From Paramecium tetraurelia (Eukaryota): a DNA stretch of 64,000 nucleotides. Positions within the stretch are counted from its first letter, which is position 1; the number at the start of each line of letters is the position of its first letter. The stretch lies in contig CT868060.1 of assembly GCA_000165425.1 (NCBI GenBank), positions 1 through 64,000 of the forward strand, given 5' to 3'. Made by a program: the position numbers and the translations under genes. Below the pieces are notes generated by a model that saw nothing but the letters and a program-made list of their open reading frames with translations, ran no database searches and was not told the DNA's origin. Shown in pieces: positions 25,535-38,108 of the stretch.

Positions 25535-27941
25535 TCAATCAAATACAACTTTTGGTATTTCAATCTCTTCATCCTCATTAACAATCACATTTTATTGTAA
25601 TGTAACAATTTATTAATTTTGTTATTCTCCTTTTGCATTATTGGTATTTGAATGATTCACTATGGAATAAAACATCTCATCCTCTGTTTACTTCTATTGT
25701 TTTGAGCTACTTTCCTCCTCCCCAATAAAGCTCTTAGTCTTCCTGATCTAGGCAGCTATCTATTGGAGATTGTTGTTAATATTTCCAACACTAGCATTCA
25801 TGGACAGATCCATCTAGTTATCTTTACAAGAATAGTATTACTCTTCTGAGTTGACAGACTAGAGGATCTATTAAACCTTGGAAAACTGATCATTGATTGA
25901 TTTCTAGAATATATTGAAATTAATTACAATCGTTGACACATAATTATCTATCGACAAAGTCTTTCTTTTTTGGTAAACAAAATTGATTAACTCCAAAATG
26001 CCAGATGTTGCTTCCTGCAAATCTAAATCAATATCGTAGACCTCTGATTGCATCAAGTATAAAGTGAAATACTTAATGGGCTGAATCAAACATAATTCCA
26101 ATTCATTATAGTTTTGTAACACCACCTTGCATAATCGCAACAAGGACGAAATGACTTCACTGCCACAATGATTTAACAAAATATCATGAGGAAATGAGAA
26201 AATGATAAATAATAGCTGGTACAACCTTTTGGTTAAATCCAGTGAGTGTCCTTGTCTCAAGTTATTCACAACCAGCTGTGACAATGAACTAAATTGATTT
26301 TCAAATCGTTATTTTAGTGTTTTCACACTCGTCTTGTTGAGTTGATCTTAAGGTAGGAATCCCAATTGAATGTCTTTGACTACCTTTTATTTCTTTTTGT
26401 TATCGGCATTTTGGGGTTGATAGATTTGATGTCTTTCCCTTTTCATAAAATTGCTCATGTTTTTCATAAATTTTGGGAATTCAAGTTCAAGTTGTTCAAG
26501 GATTCTTGAGATCACTTCTAATTCAATCCTGGTTGTTAAAAATTCTAAGTTCATATTTAAAGTAATTACTCTGTTATGACATGGATTCACACAACTAGGA
26601 AATGAGTTTGATCATGGAGGTGTTGACTGAAAATGATGATTGAGTAAATTTAAATAAAATTTGAAGGATCGATGTATTCATTATTAGACCTTGACTGAAA
26701 CTGGACAGTACGAGTGTGTGTAATAAGGAAAGTGAAGTGGACTTGCTGAAGTAGTTTAGTTCTTTGAAGGATTCAATGCTGAGAGTGATTCCTCTATCGA
26801 TCATTAATTTGTTGAGCTTGTTTTGTAATTGCTGCATAATGCTTTGATTCAATTGTGTTTCATAGACTACATCTAAATGATCAGCGAAGGAGTTGTTGAG
26901 TTATATGATTTCTCCTATTTTTTGGATGGCACTCTCAATCTAAATATCAATGAGGATGTCTTCTTTGATGAATTGCAATTGTGATTGGAAAAGGAGAGAC
27001 AGGAAATGCAAGGTTTCTCTAAAATTGATGGTAAAATTGTCAGTTGATGTGAGGAATTCCTTGATGATTTGAAAGATGATTGAATACTTGGTCTTTTGGT
27101 TCTTGCCTTCGATCTAATTAAGATTGATATGTTTACATTGAGGAGATTCATCTTGACTTCCTCAGTGGAGAGGTTGGCTTGCCAGTTATTCTGCAAGACT
27201 AGTTTCTCCTTCTCCAAATCAATTAGGGAGGCTACAACATAGTAGGCATCGAAGATTTGTTCCAGGGTGTTGACGACTTGTGATTGGTAGGAGTTGATTC
27301 CTTGCTTGCCTTCCAAGTAGGTGAATTGTAGGACAGCGTAGAGTTGAGCTAAGAGTGTGGCAATTTTGGTTTGGGATCTTCTTTGAATGCAGAGTTCTTA
27401 GATTTGTTTCTAGTGATTTCTGAAGAGGGTGGGGTTGAATAAGACGCATTTAATGAGGGATTGGAGGAGGTTGTGATTCCACTCGATTTGGGACAAATGG
27501 TGGATGTAATTTTTGAATTGATCTTCGTAGAGGTTGATCATCTTGTTGATTTATTGTTGTTGTTGAACTGACTTGGACTTTTGTTTGTAGAGTGAGGACA
27601 GGTACACATAATAAAATATGTTCTGATTGGCTTTGTCATTGGATTGGAGGTTGATCACTGATCCGATTTCGATCAGGATATCATGGTTGTACTTCTATTT
27701 GATTAGGTGGTGAGGTACTATTTACCTTGATTGTGAGACCTTTGATGATCAATTGGAGTATCTGAGATTCCTCCTGAGCATCCAAGTACTTGTCTTTGTT
27801 GGCAAATATTTTGACGCAAATCTGTATGAGGATGGGAGTGAGTGTCTCAGGGTATTGGATGTATTTGTTGATGTCAAATTGAAGTTGCTGCTTTTGATTG
27901 AATTCTTTTTAACCCTAAATACACGATAATAAACTATTCAT
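25535..27941 (-). CDS. ~780-aa helical hypothetical protein with acidic tail (possibly Rix1/PELP1-like)
   Basis: Continuous in ciliate code with tiny introns near 27696-27726 and 27114-27136; ends NEDEEIEIPKVVFD*. Confidence 0.7.
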
Positions 27942-27981
27942 AATAATGATTTAAAATCACCCTCTCTGTCCTAAATCGGCG

Positions 27982-29162
27982 ATGGAAAAGTACTATATGG
28001 AGCAGCAACTCCCCCAATACCAGACCTTGCCACCCCAGCAGGCTCAGAAAAAGAATCACTCCTATTACAATGACAATGCTAACATTTGGAACAATCATCA
28101 TCAATCCAGTTCTAACATGAAGGTGTTCGCTAAGATCCAGGAGCAGAAACTGAAGGGCGAGAAACGCATCCAGCAATTGCAAAAGCAAGAGCAGAGAGAC
28201 AAGCAAATGTATCAAATGAGCAAGCACATCTACTTCAATCAATTGAGACACGAGGACCAGTTGAGGATGCAGACTCGCAAATTAGAGCGTGCTGGTCTTC
28301 AGAATCTAAGCCAATAGCAATCAGACATCGAGGCAGATCAATTGCTCTTGAAACCGACCCAATACAATACAACATTGTAAGGAAGACCTGAATTCTTTTG
28401 GAATAAAGTGGGTCAGCACTCCCAGAAACATATCAAGATGTTGGTGAATCCCAAAATACTGGCCATGGAGGAGGAGGCAGTCAAATTGATCGAGAAACGC
28501 ATTGAAAAAGAACACATTGTCGAATAAATCAGATGGGACTTAAAACAAGAGAACATGAAACTTATTCGCAAACTCAATGCCAAAAGACAACAAGAAGTCG
28601 ATGAAATTCATCACAAAGCAGGTTTGTCTCCATCTCACAAAATGGCTATCTCCAAAACCACCCATGTCAGACGACCATCTCATGTATCTCGACCTTCACT
28701 TGACATTATCGAATAAACCCTATAACAAATTGAGGAGAAACAGCAAAGAACAAGTCGACCATTCACTGTAGACAGTGAAAAACCCTCATTTTCATTTCAT
28801 GTAAGACCTCAAACTAGTAATTAGAATAGTCATTCATCTAAAAATGTGCAAAGTCTAGCTAAGTAAATGTTATAAGCATAACAAGATAGTAATCACTTAG
28901 TGTCCACAAGCAACGCAATCTTAGGATGGATAGATCTGAATTCAAGGGATTGTATCTAGCATAGGCATGTGATGTGAGTGACAACAATTTCAGTAGAACC
29001 ATACGCTCAAATTGTACTATTCTGAAGGGAATCTCGAATTCGAAGATCAAAGCATAACAGATGCCTCAAAACATCAGGTCTACTAATCAACCTGAGGAGG
29101 ATGTAAATAAAATGTTAGATTCATTTGAAGGCAAATTGTAAGATAGAAAACTCCAATATTGA
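27982..29162 (+). CDS. Hypothetical basic/coiled-coil protein (385 aa; alternative in-frame ATG at 27946)
   Basis: One 23-nt intron (28863-28885) gives 1158 nt with no internal TGA. Confidence 0.75.
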
Positions 29163-29178
29163 AATTATATATTTTTAA

Positions 29179-30306
29179 TCATTTGATTTCTTCTTCCTCA
29201 ACGATCTACTTCGGAGGAGGCACAAAACTAGAAGTGATTGTCTAAAATCTCCCATCACTGAAATTGTTGGTTTCCAGCATTTTCTAAGACAAATGAGTAA
29301 TCCCTATTCTGGTTTGCGTGTGCTAATTCTATTTGTATACATTCTCAATACAGTATTACCTGCATATAGGATGGCAAAATGGATCTGTGATCGTGTTCCC
29401 TGTCAATCATTTTCCCGAAGTTGGGAGCAGTGGGCACTCTGTAGATCTGACTCTTTTGAGATCTGGAATAAATGTCGAATTCAAAGTATTCTTCAAAAGT
29501 GTAATCCGATTTCTTAGTCATGATGTCATCTCTCCCCTTCTTTGAGTCAAACTTCGGTCCTGCAGATCCTAATTTTCTATTGAATTTTCACATGTATTGA
29601 GTACCTCCTGCCAAATTCAAAATTAGGCTCGTAATCTGGAGCATAATGCTTCCTCTTATAGACAGTCATTTATTCTCTGGAGAGCGATTTGTTCATGGAA
29701 TATTGCGGAGTTCTTGGAACCTTGCTGAATTGGGTAGTGATATTGAGAAAGTTGAATCTCTCCTCGTGTGGCGTTGGTTAACCGAAAAACACTTCCTATC
29801 TAGATACAACAGACATTCTCACCTTCCAGTTTGTCTCGACATATCAACGAAGCAATCTCTCTTCCACACTTGCTTTTCAGGAATGGGCTCTTTATTTCCG
29901 AAATTGATGGCACTCTGCACTCTTTTGGTAGTTTATCTGGGAGTGGATTTGACAAGACTCTTTTGGTAATCAGGAACTATGTGATTTGCTCTGTAAAACA
30001 ATTTAAGTAATGGATGTACTTATCTAATTGATTGAATTTTGGATTGTAATAGCCACAGGGAGGTTAGCCATCGCATCCGATTTTGGTGTAATTGCCAACT
30101 GCTCTCGATAATTGCTTTGTGAAGGGTTATTGTGTTTTTAAGGCTTGTTGAGCATTTGGAGTTAGTTGTTTTTCTTGGGTTTCAGGGATTGGGATTTCAA
30201 AGAGATGGCTCTTCACTCGTTTGCCCATTTTACGATTGAGGATCTCGTCCTTACGAGCGAAGATTATGTACTTCTCACTGGTGATTTTACCAGCTTTGGA
30301 GAACAT
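29179..30306 (-). CDS. Hypothetical basic protein with short Pro/Tyr repeats (possible ciliary or cytoskeletal protein)
   Basis: Four tiny introns; motifs PPCGYYNPKF, APDYEPNFEF, DMSRQTGR, FGKMIDR. Confidence 0.7.
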
Positions 30307-30361
30307 ATTTTAAGGGTCATTGGGATTTAAAAATTAAGGCCATGAAGATATTAATTAAAAT

Positions 30362-33300
30362 ATGTTGCAATCCGAGGATCAATATGTGCCAAACGAGGAA
30401 GAGTACGAGCAGAAGGATCAGACGACCAACACTCGTTTTCGTAAGTTTGTGAAAGAGCAATGGGAGAAGATAGAAAAGAAGAATTTCAGCTAATTCGAGA
30501 CAAGAGTATTGTCAACTCTGCAATAATTGGGTAATAACAGTGCAGACGATTTGATTGAGAAATAAGCAGTCGTGGAGGCTGTGTAGAAGGAGAAGGATAA
30601 CAGCAAGTAAAAGGGTGGTAAGCAGAAGAAACCAGAGTAAGCACCATAATAATAGGAGGTTTAGAAATCGAATGTCATCTACGAAATTTGTGTGGGTCAA
30701 GACTTGTACTTGAAGTATCTGAGACCCAAATTGGTAGAGTATGGCATTCTGAATAAAATTGATGATGGCAATCCCAAATAGGAGGATAAGAAGCAGGCAT
30801 AGGGCAAGAAGGGTGGTAAGAATGTGGTCAAGAAGGAAGATTTGATGCGTATTGAGTTGTCGAAGGAGAAGGTTAATGATCAAACAGTGAAGATGTTATA
30901 ATAGATGGGATTGATCATTTTAAATCAGGATTTAAAACCTAAAGAAAATGAATTTCTCAAAACTGAATAAGCAAGTAAACGTATCAAATCCTTGAAATGG
31001 ATGGAACTCAAGTTCTCAGCCTTGATGATCTATGCCACCTAATTAATCAAATGTCACATCCATTCCAAATTCAGGGATGAGTATGCCTTTGAATTGATCT
31101 ACTTCCTCAAGAATGTCTATCTCAACTACAAAGAATATGAAGGCTAATCCTATTTGGATGAGACTAAGAAAGAGAGATTGGCACCTCAAGCAGTCGAAGA
31201 TCTCAGATATAAGCTCAAAGAATTGTACAAGAACTTTGGTTTCTCAAACAGAGTCTTGTTTAATAAATATCCAAAATTAGTCATCGATACAGATTTAAAT
31301 CAAGCATTTATTAGAACTGATGTTCGTCCATACAAGTCATAGGAAAACCTCTTGGAACTCTTGAAGAGAGCAGAAAAACCTTCCTTGATCTTCTTTAGTA
31401 CCATGGTTGGTACAGGTAAGACAGTGTTGAGTGTTGCCATCGCTTAATACTTGGCTCGCTTGAGAGAGAGTTATGCTATTCAAGAGAACAATGCCTATAA
31501 TTAATTAAAGAATCTTGGTTATAGGAATCCCAGAGAAGTCTAGTTTTTGTATTGTTGTCCCTTGGATACGGTGAGAACCTAAGTTGGTGCTGCTGCATAT
31601 GAGAGGAAACTGAAATTCGCCATTGCATCCATGTGGAAGGACTCCCAGAGTTCTAAACTGGATTCTGATTTGGGATATGCTGAATGTCCAAGATTGGTCA
31701 ATTCTTGGTAAAATAGACAGGAGGAATTCCCAACCTTGGTTGTGGCTGACTTCAAGACTACATTGGAATTATTGAGAGAGAAACACACCTTGTCAGAAAA
31801 GGAGAAGTAAGTAGTTAGATGGTAGGGCAAGGATCGTAAATTGGTATCACATAATCCAGCTAAACATGGAAAGGATTACATATTGTTTATCGATGAACCT
31901 ACAGTTGATGCTGATTTTGCAGATGCAGAAGTGACCAAGATATTGATTGACATTATTCGTCGAGCTCCACCCATTACAATATTATCTAGTGCCACATTGC
32001 CACCTCCTGAGAAAATACCGAGTTTCATTAAGCTTTACAGGAAGGCTTAGATCTCAGAGATTGACATTCCTGTGGTTCATGATTCCTCAATTCCACATTG
32101 GTTGTGTAGGTCTTTTCTCATAGTGGTCACAAGTTCTTGCCACATTATTAGGCATAGAACAAATAGCAATTGGCTGAAATTTTGGATAGATTGGAGAAGA
32201 ATCCATTTATGAAGAGATGTTACAATGCTAATGCTTATTGTGAATTGTATGATAGAATGAAGGGATGTGGAATTGTCAACATTGAAGATTTTGAAACATT
32301 CGATGTTATTACTCAAGAATTTGTTTAAAGAAAAAGCATAGAATTATTGAAGATATTATTAACAGTTGATGATGAATCATTTTAAGAAAGTGTGTTCGGA
32401 AAAAACAAGAAGTTGTTTAATAATAAGATTTAGGTGAATAATAGCAAGAAGGAGAAGAACAAATCTAAGAAGGAGAGGAGGGAGAATATGAGTATGAATA
32501 CGAATACGTCTATGAGGAGGTTGAAGATACAGGAGCAGTTAATTAGACAGAGGAGAATAGTTAATTACAATAACAATAGAAACCAAAATCAAAATATACT
32601 TATACAATTGAAATAGATGATGAGGATAAAATGAAATTCACAGCTCCATATCACAAGTTAGATATTAGACAATTGGGTGGCAATATGGCTCATAAATTCT
32701 TAGGGGGCTGTTTGATTGCTGTAAATTCACCAGTAGAATTCATCAGAGCCAAATTCCATAAATTACTCAAGAAATGTGCTCCAGCCTCAGAATACGTGAA
32801 ACAATATCTAAAATAACACGAGTATTTTGGAGAAAGAAATCCAAAAGAAGGAAAGAGAAATCGATAACGAGGATGAGAGATCCAAGCAAATCCAAGCACT
32901 ATAAGAAAGCATGAAGTTGACTATAGCATTTCCTGATTTCTTGAAAATAAATACATTGGAACATTACAAAGTATGAAATAATTTATAAGAATCAATTAGA
33001 AATTCGTTACCAACGACCCCTTGTATCTAGAACAATATAGAGCCAGAAAGGCATTCTCACTGGAGGGAATCAACTATCAACTTAATATCCCTGATGACAT
33101 TATGTTGTATCTCTTCTCTGGTATTGCAGCATATACAGAAAAGGTATTTATGTGTATGAATCCTATCTTAGTAATCCGAATTGGACATCGATTATTATGA
33201 GGAGGTGTAGAAGTTGGCATCGAATGGGTAATTGGCTCTGATTATTTCTGATGATTCAATGTGCTATGGTGTCAATTACCCCTTGAATCACGTGGTCGTT

Positions 33301-33578
33301 TTTGATGAGATGGCTGAAAAGCGATCCATTGGAGCCTTGTTTTAATTGATAGGAAGAGCTGGTATTGATGTTGAATCGAATGTTTAATAGGTCGTGTCGG
33401 TGTTTCATGGACAGCCAATGCATATTTGGGAGATAAGACATTCGACAGATTGATCAAGTATTTGAATGGGTAGAATGAGGAGACTGAGAGGGACGAAGCT
33501 TACAATATCGAATAGTAAAGTAAGAGAATGATTTAACATCTGATTGAATTGGCAAAAAAGAAAAAGGAGTAGTAATGA
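30362..33578 (+). CDS. Superfamily-2 helicase-like ATPase with DEPT Walker B (~1040 aa); five apparent +1 insertions
   Basis: Q-motif PYKSQ, motif I STMVGTGKT, Ia CPLDTVRTQV, II FIDEPT, III SSAT, V SDDSMCYGVNYP, VI QLIGRAGRVG; three introns in the 3' part. Confidence 0.85.
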
Positions 33579-33600
33579 AATGTATTTATACAATTAAAAA

Positions 33601-34691
33601 ATGATTTCTAAAAATCAAATCGACCAAGTGTATGACTTTCTAAAGAGTATCAATGATGGCACTCTAGAGAGCTATCGGAAGTCACTTCCAGAGCCGTGGA
33701 TTCTAAATTCAGTCATTGACGTTGCACCTTTGACTCCATCGCAACGGATAGTGTGTCTATACTTTGCAGGAGATGAAACTCAGTGTGGTAATGCTTTGGA
33801 GAAGAGACTTGTGTTGAATAAGGAATAGGTTTCGCTATATAACTTAATTTAGAGTGCGGGTAATGTAATTTGAGATAACTTGTTGATGAATGGAGTACCT
33901 CTAACCAATAAATTAATCATCAACCCTAAACCATGAGAGCTGTCATTCAATGTCCTTCATTAAGACAAGCTCTTGAACACATCTTCACCACTTTTTCGAT
34001 TGACCATCTACGACCTGTGCCCACAACTATTCAATCTTCGTTTAATTGGATCAGCCTTCAAATCACTGATCCCCTCTGGGATTATACCATCGAAGTCAGT
34101 CAAGAGCCACTAGTCAGAATCAAGGAGAATCTCCTCAAAGCTCAACAATCCAAATTGTCTCAGAAGGAAGCACAAGAAACCATCGATCTCCTCAATCAAG
34201 ACCAGAGAAATGTCTTGGATAGTGGCATCACTCCCCAATCAACTTCCCAACCTTATTGAACACAATCCTGACCTGTCAAGCTTTTTGCTGGCTCGCATCA
34301 ATCAATGCGGAATCAGTATCCATGAATACTTCGAATGTTTGATTCAAATGAAGATTTCATTGCAGAGTTTGGAAGTCGTCAACAAACTATCCAATTCCAT
34401 CAAATTGCCTGAAGCCTTCCTCCATATGTATTTGACCAAATGCATCCAATATTGCGAAGAGTTGCAAGTACACATCCTTCTTAAATACAGCCCAAGTAAC
34501 AGATGGTGTCCAGATACGTGAGGTTGGTAGCTGTCTTCATCAAAACCCTCATCAAATCAAAAACCCTAGACCCCAAAAAAATGTTCACTGAAATCCAAGG
34601 ATTCTGCATCGAGTTCTCAAAGATACCTGAAGCTTCACAGCTATTCAAACAACTCAAAGAGACAGGTGTAGAAGAAAAATAGCATCAGTGA
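33601..34691 (+). CDS. CNOT11: CCR4-NOT complex subunit 11; one apparent +1 insertion at 34233-34236
   Basis: LPNLIEHNP, EYFECLIQMKISLQSLEVVNKL, FLHMYLTKCIQYCE, VRLVAVFIKTLIK, EIQGFCIEFSKIPEA match the conserved CNOT11 C-terminal domain. Confidence 0.9.
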
Positions 34692-35036
34692 TATTGATTG
34701 AATTATGAGATATTGTGAATTATCTCATTCTAATCCTTCCTTCTGTCATCCCTCTCCATCTCTATTCATATTATTATTTAGTTCCAACCATTGATTCTGA
34801 ATTCATTGAAAACTTACTTGAATTTCTTCTTGTTTTTTTCATAAGATCCTCTAATAGCCTTAAACAACTATCATTTTCTTTATAGTATGAAATCCTAATC
34901 CTTAACATAAACCTAAACTTCATCTAAATATTTTTCTATATATTTTCACTCAGATGGATTACCTTGATTGATCATGAATTCTATTTATTATAACTAATTA
35001 TAAGATATATCATTAAAACAAATATAAATCTGTTAA

Positions 35037-36694
35037 TCAAGCAATACTTATTTCAAAATCACTGTGTTCCCAGAATGATATGCAGAATTCAATATTAAAT
35101 TGATAGATCCATCATCCTTGTTTTTTAGTATGCTTGCTTGGTTGTTTAGAATTTCCACGAAATCATAGGCATCCACCTTCTACAGTATGACTAATTTAAA
35201 CTGTTCTGGCAATCTTTGGAAGTGCATGAATAACTCAGCTACCAATTTCGTCAAGTAGCTACAGGAAAGCAATCTAAGGTGATCATAGTAATTACATATC
35301 GCTAACGTATTGTAAGCAATCTAGGTTAATGAAGATCTCATTCAAATGATAGTCTGACAATTGTTGATGACTCATTAGATTTTGCAGGAGATACAAGTAT
35401 TCTATGCAGATTTCTTATTTAATGCTTGAGTATTGAGTAAAGTAATTGTGGAGGTAGGGCAGGAACACTTAGATCGTTCTTTCAGCGATGAAAGTGTTGG
35501 GGTAGTAAAGAATGTTGTTGAAACATTTAAACACTTTCTCGATTAGAAATTCATCTCCTGGATTTTGCAAGGAGCTGATCATGGATTCAATCAAACCAAT
35601 TTCAATGAAATGTTGGAGGATGTAATGATCGTCATCTTTTTCAGCAAGGAAATTGGTGAATATTGAAAAGTATTTACTGGGAAATAGATTTAATTTCAAA
35701 ATCTTCTCCCAAACGAACTTGGTCAGAGTCAGGGTCAAAGCTGATGTGACTTTGAATTCAGACAACTTCTACAAGATCTCCAACACTCTCTTGTAGAGAC
35801 TCTCATCATCCATCTACACCTTGTCGATTAAGAATGTGCATTGCGAGATGATGCAATTAAACTTAAGTATTATGATTAAGACCATACATTGTAATGAGGA
35901 ATGTCTGTGAGGTCAATGTCATTAGATTCAAATAGTTTGCACTCCAAAAGCAGAATGGCTTTCCACACTTTTGTGATTGGGGTTTTTTGGGTAAAACTTA
36001 GACCACACTCTGAAGAGTTGAGACCTAAGGATCTCCTCTCTAAATAACAAAACATTTCGATTATCCAATTCAAATTAGATGTTTATCAAAATAAGGCAAA
36101 TCTGATAAATTCATAGTAAAGATTGATTACGCTCTCAATAATCTCACACCATCTATCAAAATTACTCTGAACCTTGTCAGGCTATACCATCCTATCCATC
36201 AAATCCTTCAATATCAGATTCATCAAACCATTTTGCAGCAAATTCTCAACTATATCCTTCCTATCCAAATATGTAAAATTAATCAAGATTACCAACACAT
36301 GATTTATACACATTAATCTCTCCGATGGCAGATTGAACTCCAAAGGAATGTCACTCATCCGAAGTATATCCAAGAACAACTTCAAACCATTCAAATTACC
36401 ACTAAAATGATTGATGAATTGATTCAAAACAACCAAATCGTTTGGGTTTTCCTCCTCCAACAATCTCAAATAGTTCATATTGTATTATTTTAACAATTTA
36501 ACCAAATGCTTGAAATCCTACTCCAGATAAGTCTGATATATAAAATTGATAGTCTCATCAGGATTACATTTTTACACCAGATCCCCATCTTATCCAATGC
36601 TCGTGTGTCTCTTTTTAGAAAAGATCTCCTCTCTAGCCTGCTTTCTAATCTGAACCATAAATTGTTCTCTCTTCATTTACAAATGCGAATTCAT
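35037..36694 (-). CDS. Divergent importin-alpha-like ARM-repeat protein
   Basis: N-terminal IBB-like KREQFMVQIRKQAREEIFSKKR followed by ARM-like helices (VILINFTY, CFNNILYY). Confidence 0.7.
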
Positions 36695-36721
36695 AGTATA
36701 AATATTAATAATTAGTATTAA

Positions 36722-38088
36722 ATGAGAAGAAGGATGTGAAAAGAATATCATTAAGGTATTTAGACGTGAATGCAATATTCTATGTTATATAAGTAAGATA
36801 CTAGATTTTGATTGAATGCTTTTATTTGGTAGAGAATGAACTGTGAGAGGAGTGAATTAATTAAGACATGAGAATTATGATAAATTGAATGGAAAGATTA
36901 TGGAAATTGAGAGCTCATGATTTGATTAATAATAAAAGTTTGAATGTTTCTCAATGGATTGTTAAATGAATGCAAAGGACCTTTAAGGTAGATTCCATTA
37001 TAATTACCAATCAATAATCAGAGATGATATAATCATTTGGAACAAATTATGCTCTTATTTTTTGTGATAAGATAGGAGTAGAGAGAAGAATAGTCAAAGG
37101 TGATAAAGTAAAGGTAAGAGAGTAATCGAGAGAAAGATTTGAATGCATGTCATGCTTAGGATCAGGAAATTTCCCATATTCATATTTGGCAAGAATTCGC
37201 TCCCAACGACCTTCTAATATGTTATTATAAAATCATCTAATATGTTGAATAAACTAAAGATATACCATTCACAAACGCGCTAACTAAATTGATGCTGGCA
37301 CCAAAGAGAAGGGATGAAATTTATAGATAGAGATCAATAAGAATTAAATTTTACATTACTTAGTCAGGTTGAGACTGGAATTAGTGACTACCAAATACTT
37401 ACGTGATTTGATTAGAAAATTACTAGAGTTGCTAATTGGGGAGATGAATTTAAAGAAGGAACAACATTTAATTTTGCTATTTTTTATTAGAGAATAATTA
37501 CATAAAACTTTACAGGTACCATCTATATCGTTTTGTGAATATTCAATTAAATCTGTGATATAGGTTACTGTTAAGGATGATAATGATATTAGTAAGTAAA
37601 CTCTTGCATTCAGTAATGGATACAAAGAAATTCTATGATAAGACAATTTCGATTAGATTAGAATTGTACAACAATCATTAACTACACAATAGAAATAGAG
37701 TATTGTCAATGAAGTTAATGTTACCTTGTAAAGCAATAGAATATCTATTGATATAAAAAACATCTCATTGTTGGCAGAATTGATGAAATCCACAGGTATT
37801 TATTTAAATTTCAGCAAATTAAGGAGGAATTCTTGGGTTCACAGGACTAGGAATAGATTAATTTAATAATTCGGCGTTGGTACTTCTACTTTCCAAGAAC
37901 TAGGGACGTTTTTTAATGCTGTCATTTGAGGGAAGAAAGATTCGATGAATGATGCATTACAAAAAGTAATCATTGAATAGAATGAGCCAGAAGTAGCAGG
38001 ATTGTTCGATTTGACATTCAAGGTTAAAGACGATGTAATCTTGGGGAGTGCAAACAATCAATAGAAGTTTTAGTTTGTTTCCAAATGA
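36722..38088 (+). pseudogene. Degenerate gene, possibly a relic related to the neighbouring BPI-like gene
   Basis: Protein-like 3' end (..NEPEVAGLFDLTFKVKDDVILGSAN..) with in-frame TGAs at 37636-38 and 37927-29 and many more upstream. Confidence 0.4.
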
Positions 38089-38108
38089 TGAATAATGACA
38101 TCATATTT

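Noticed and set aside
32075..32109. A 35-nt GT..AG 'intron' that would repair the first helicase frameshifts
   Set aside because: Longer and more GC-rich than other introns here, removes the plausible HIGC segment, and does not explain the three further +1 shifts.
27219..33593. Many overlapping or antisense ORFs (e.g. 27934-28251, 29293-29969, 30512-30883, 33256-33593)
   Set aside because: Shadows of real genes in a locally more GC-rich region; no motifs of their own.
34710..34975. Small minus-strand gene with intron-like segments
   Set aside because: The frame hits TGA unless another indel is assumed.
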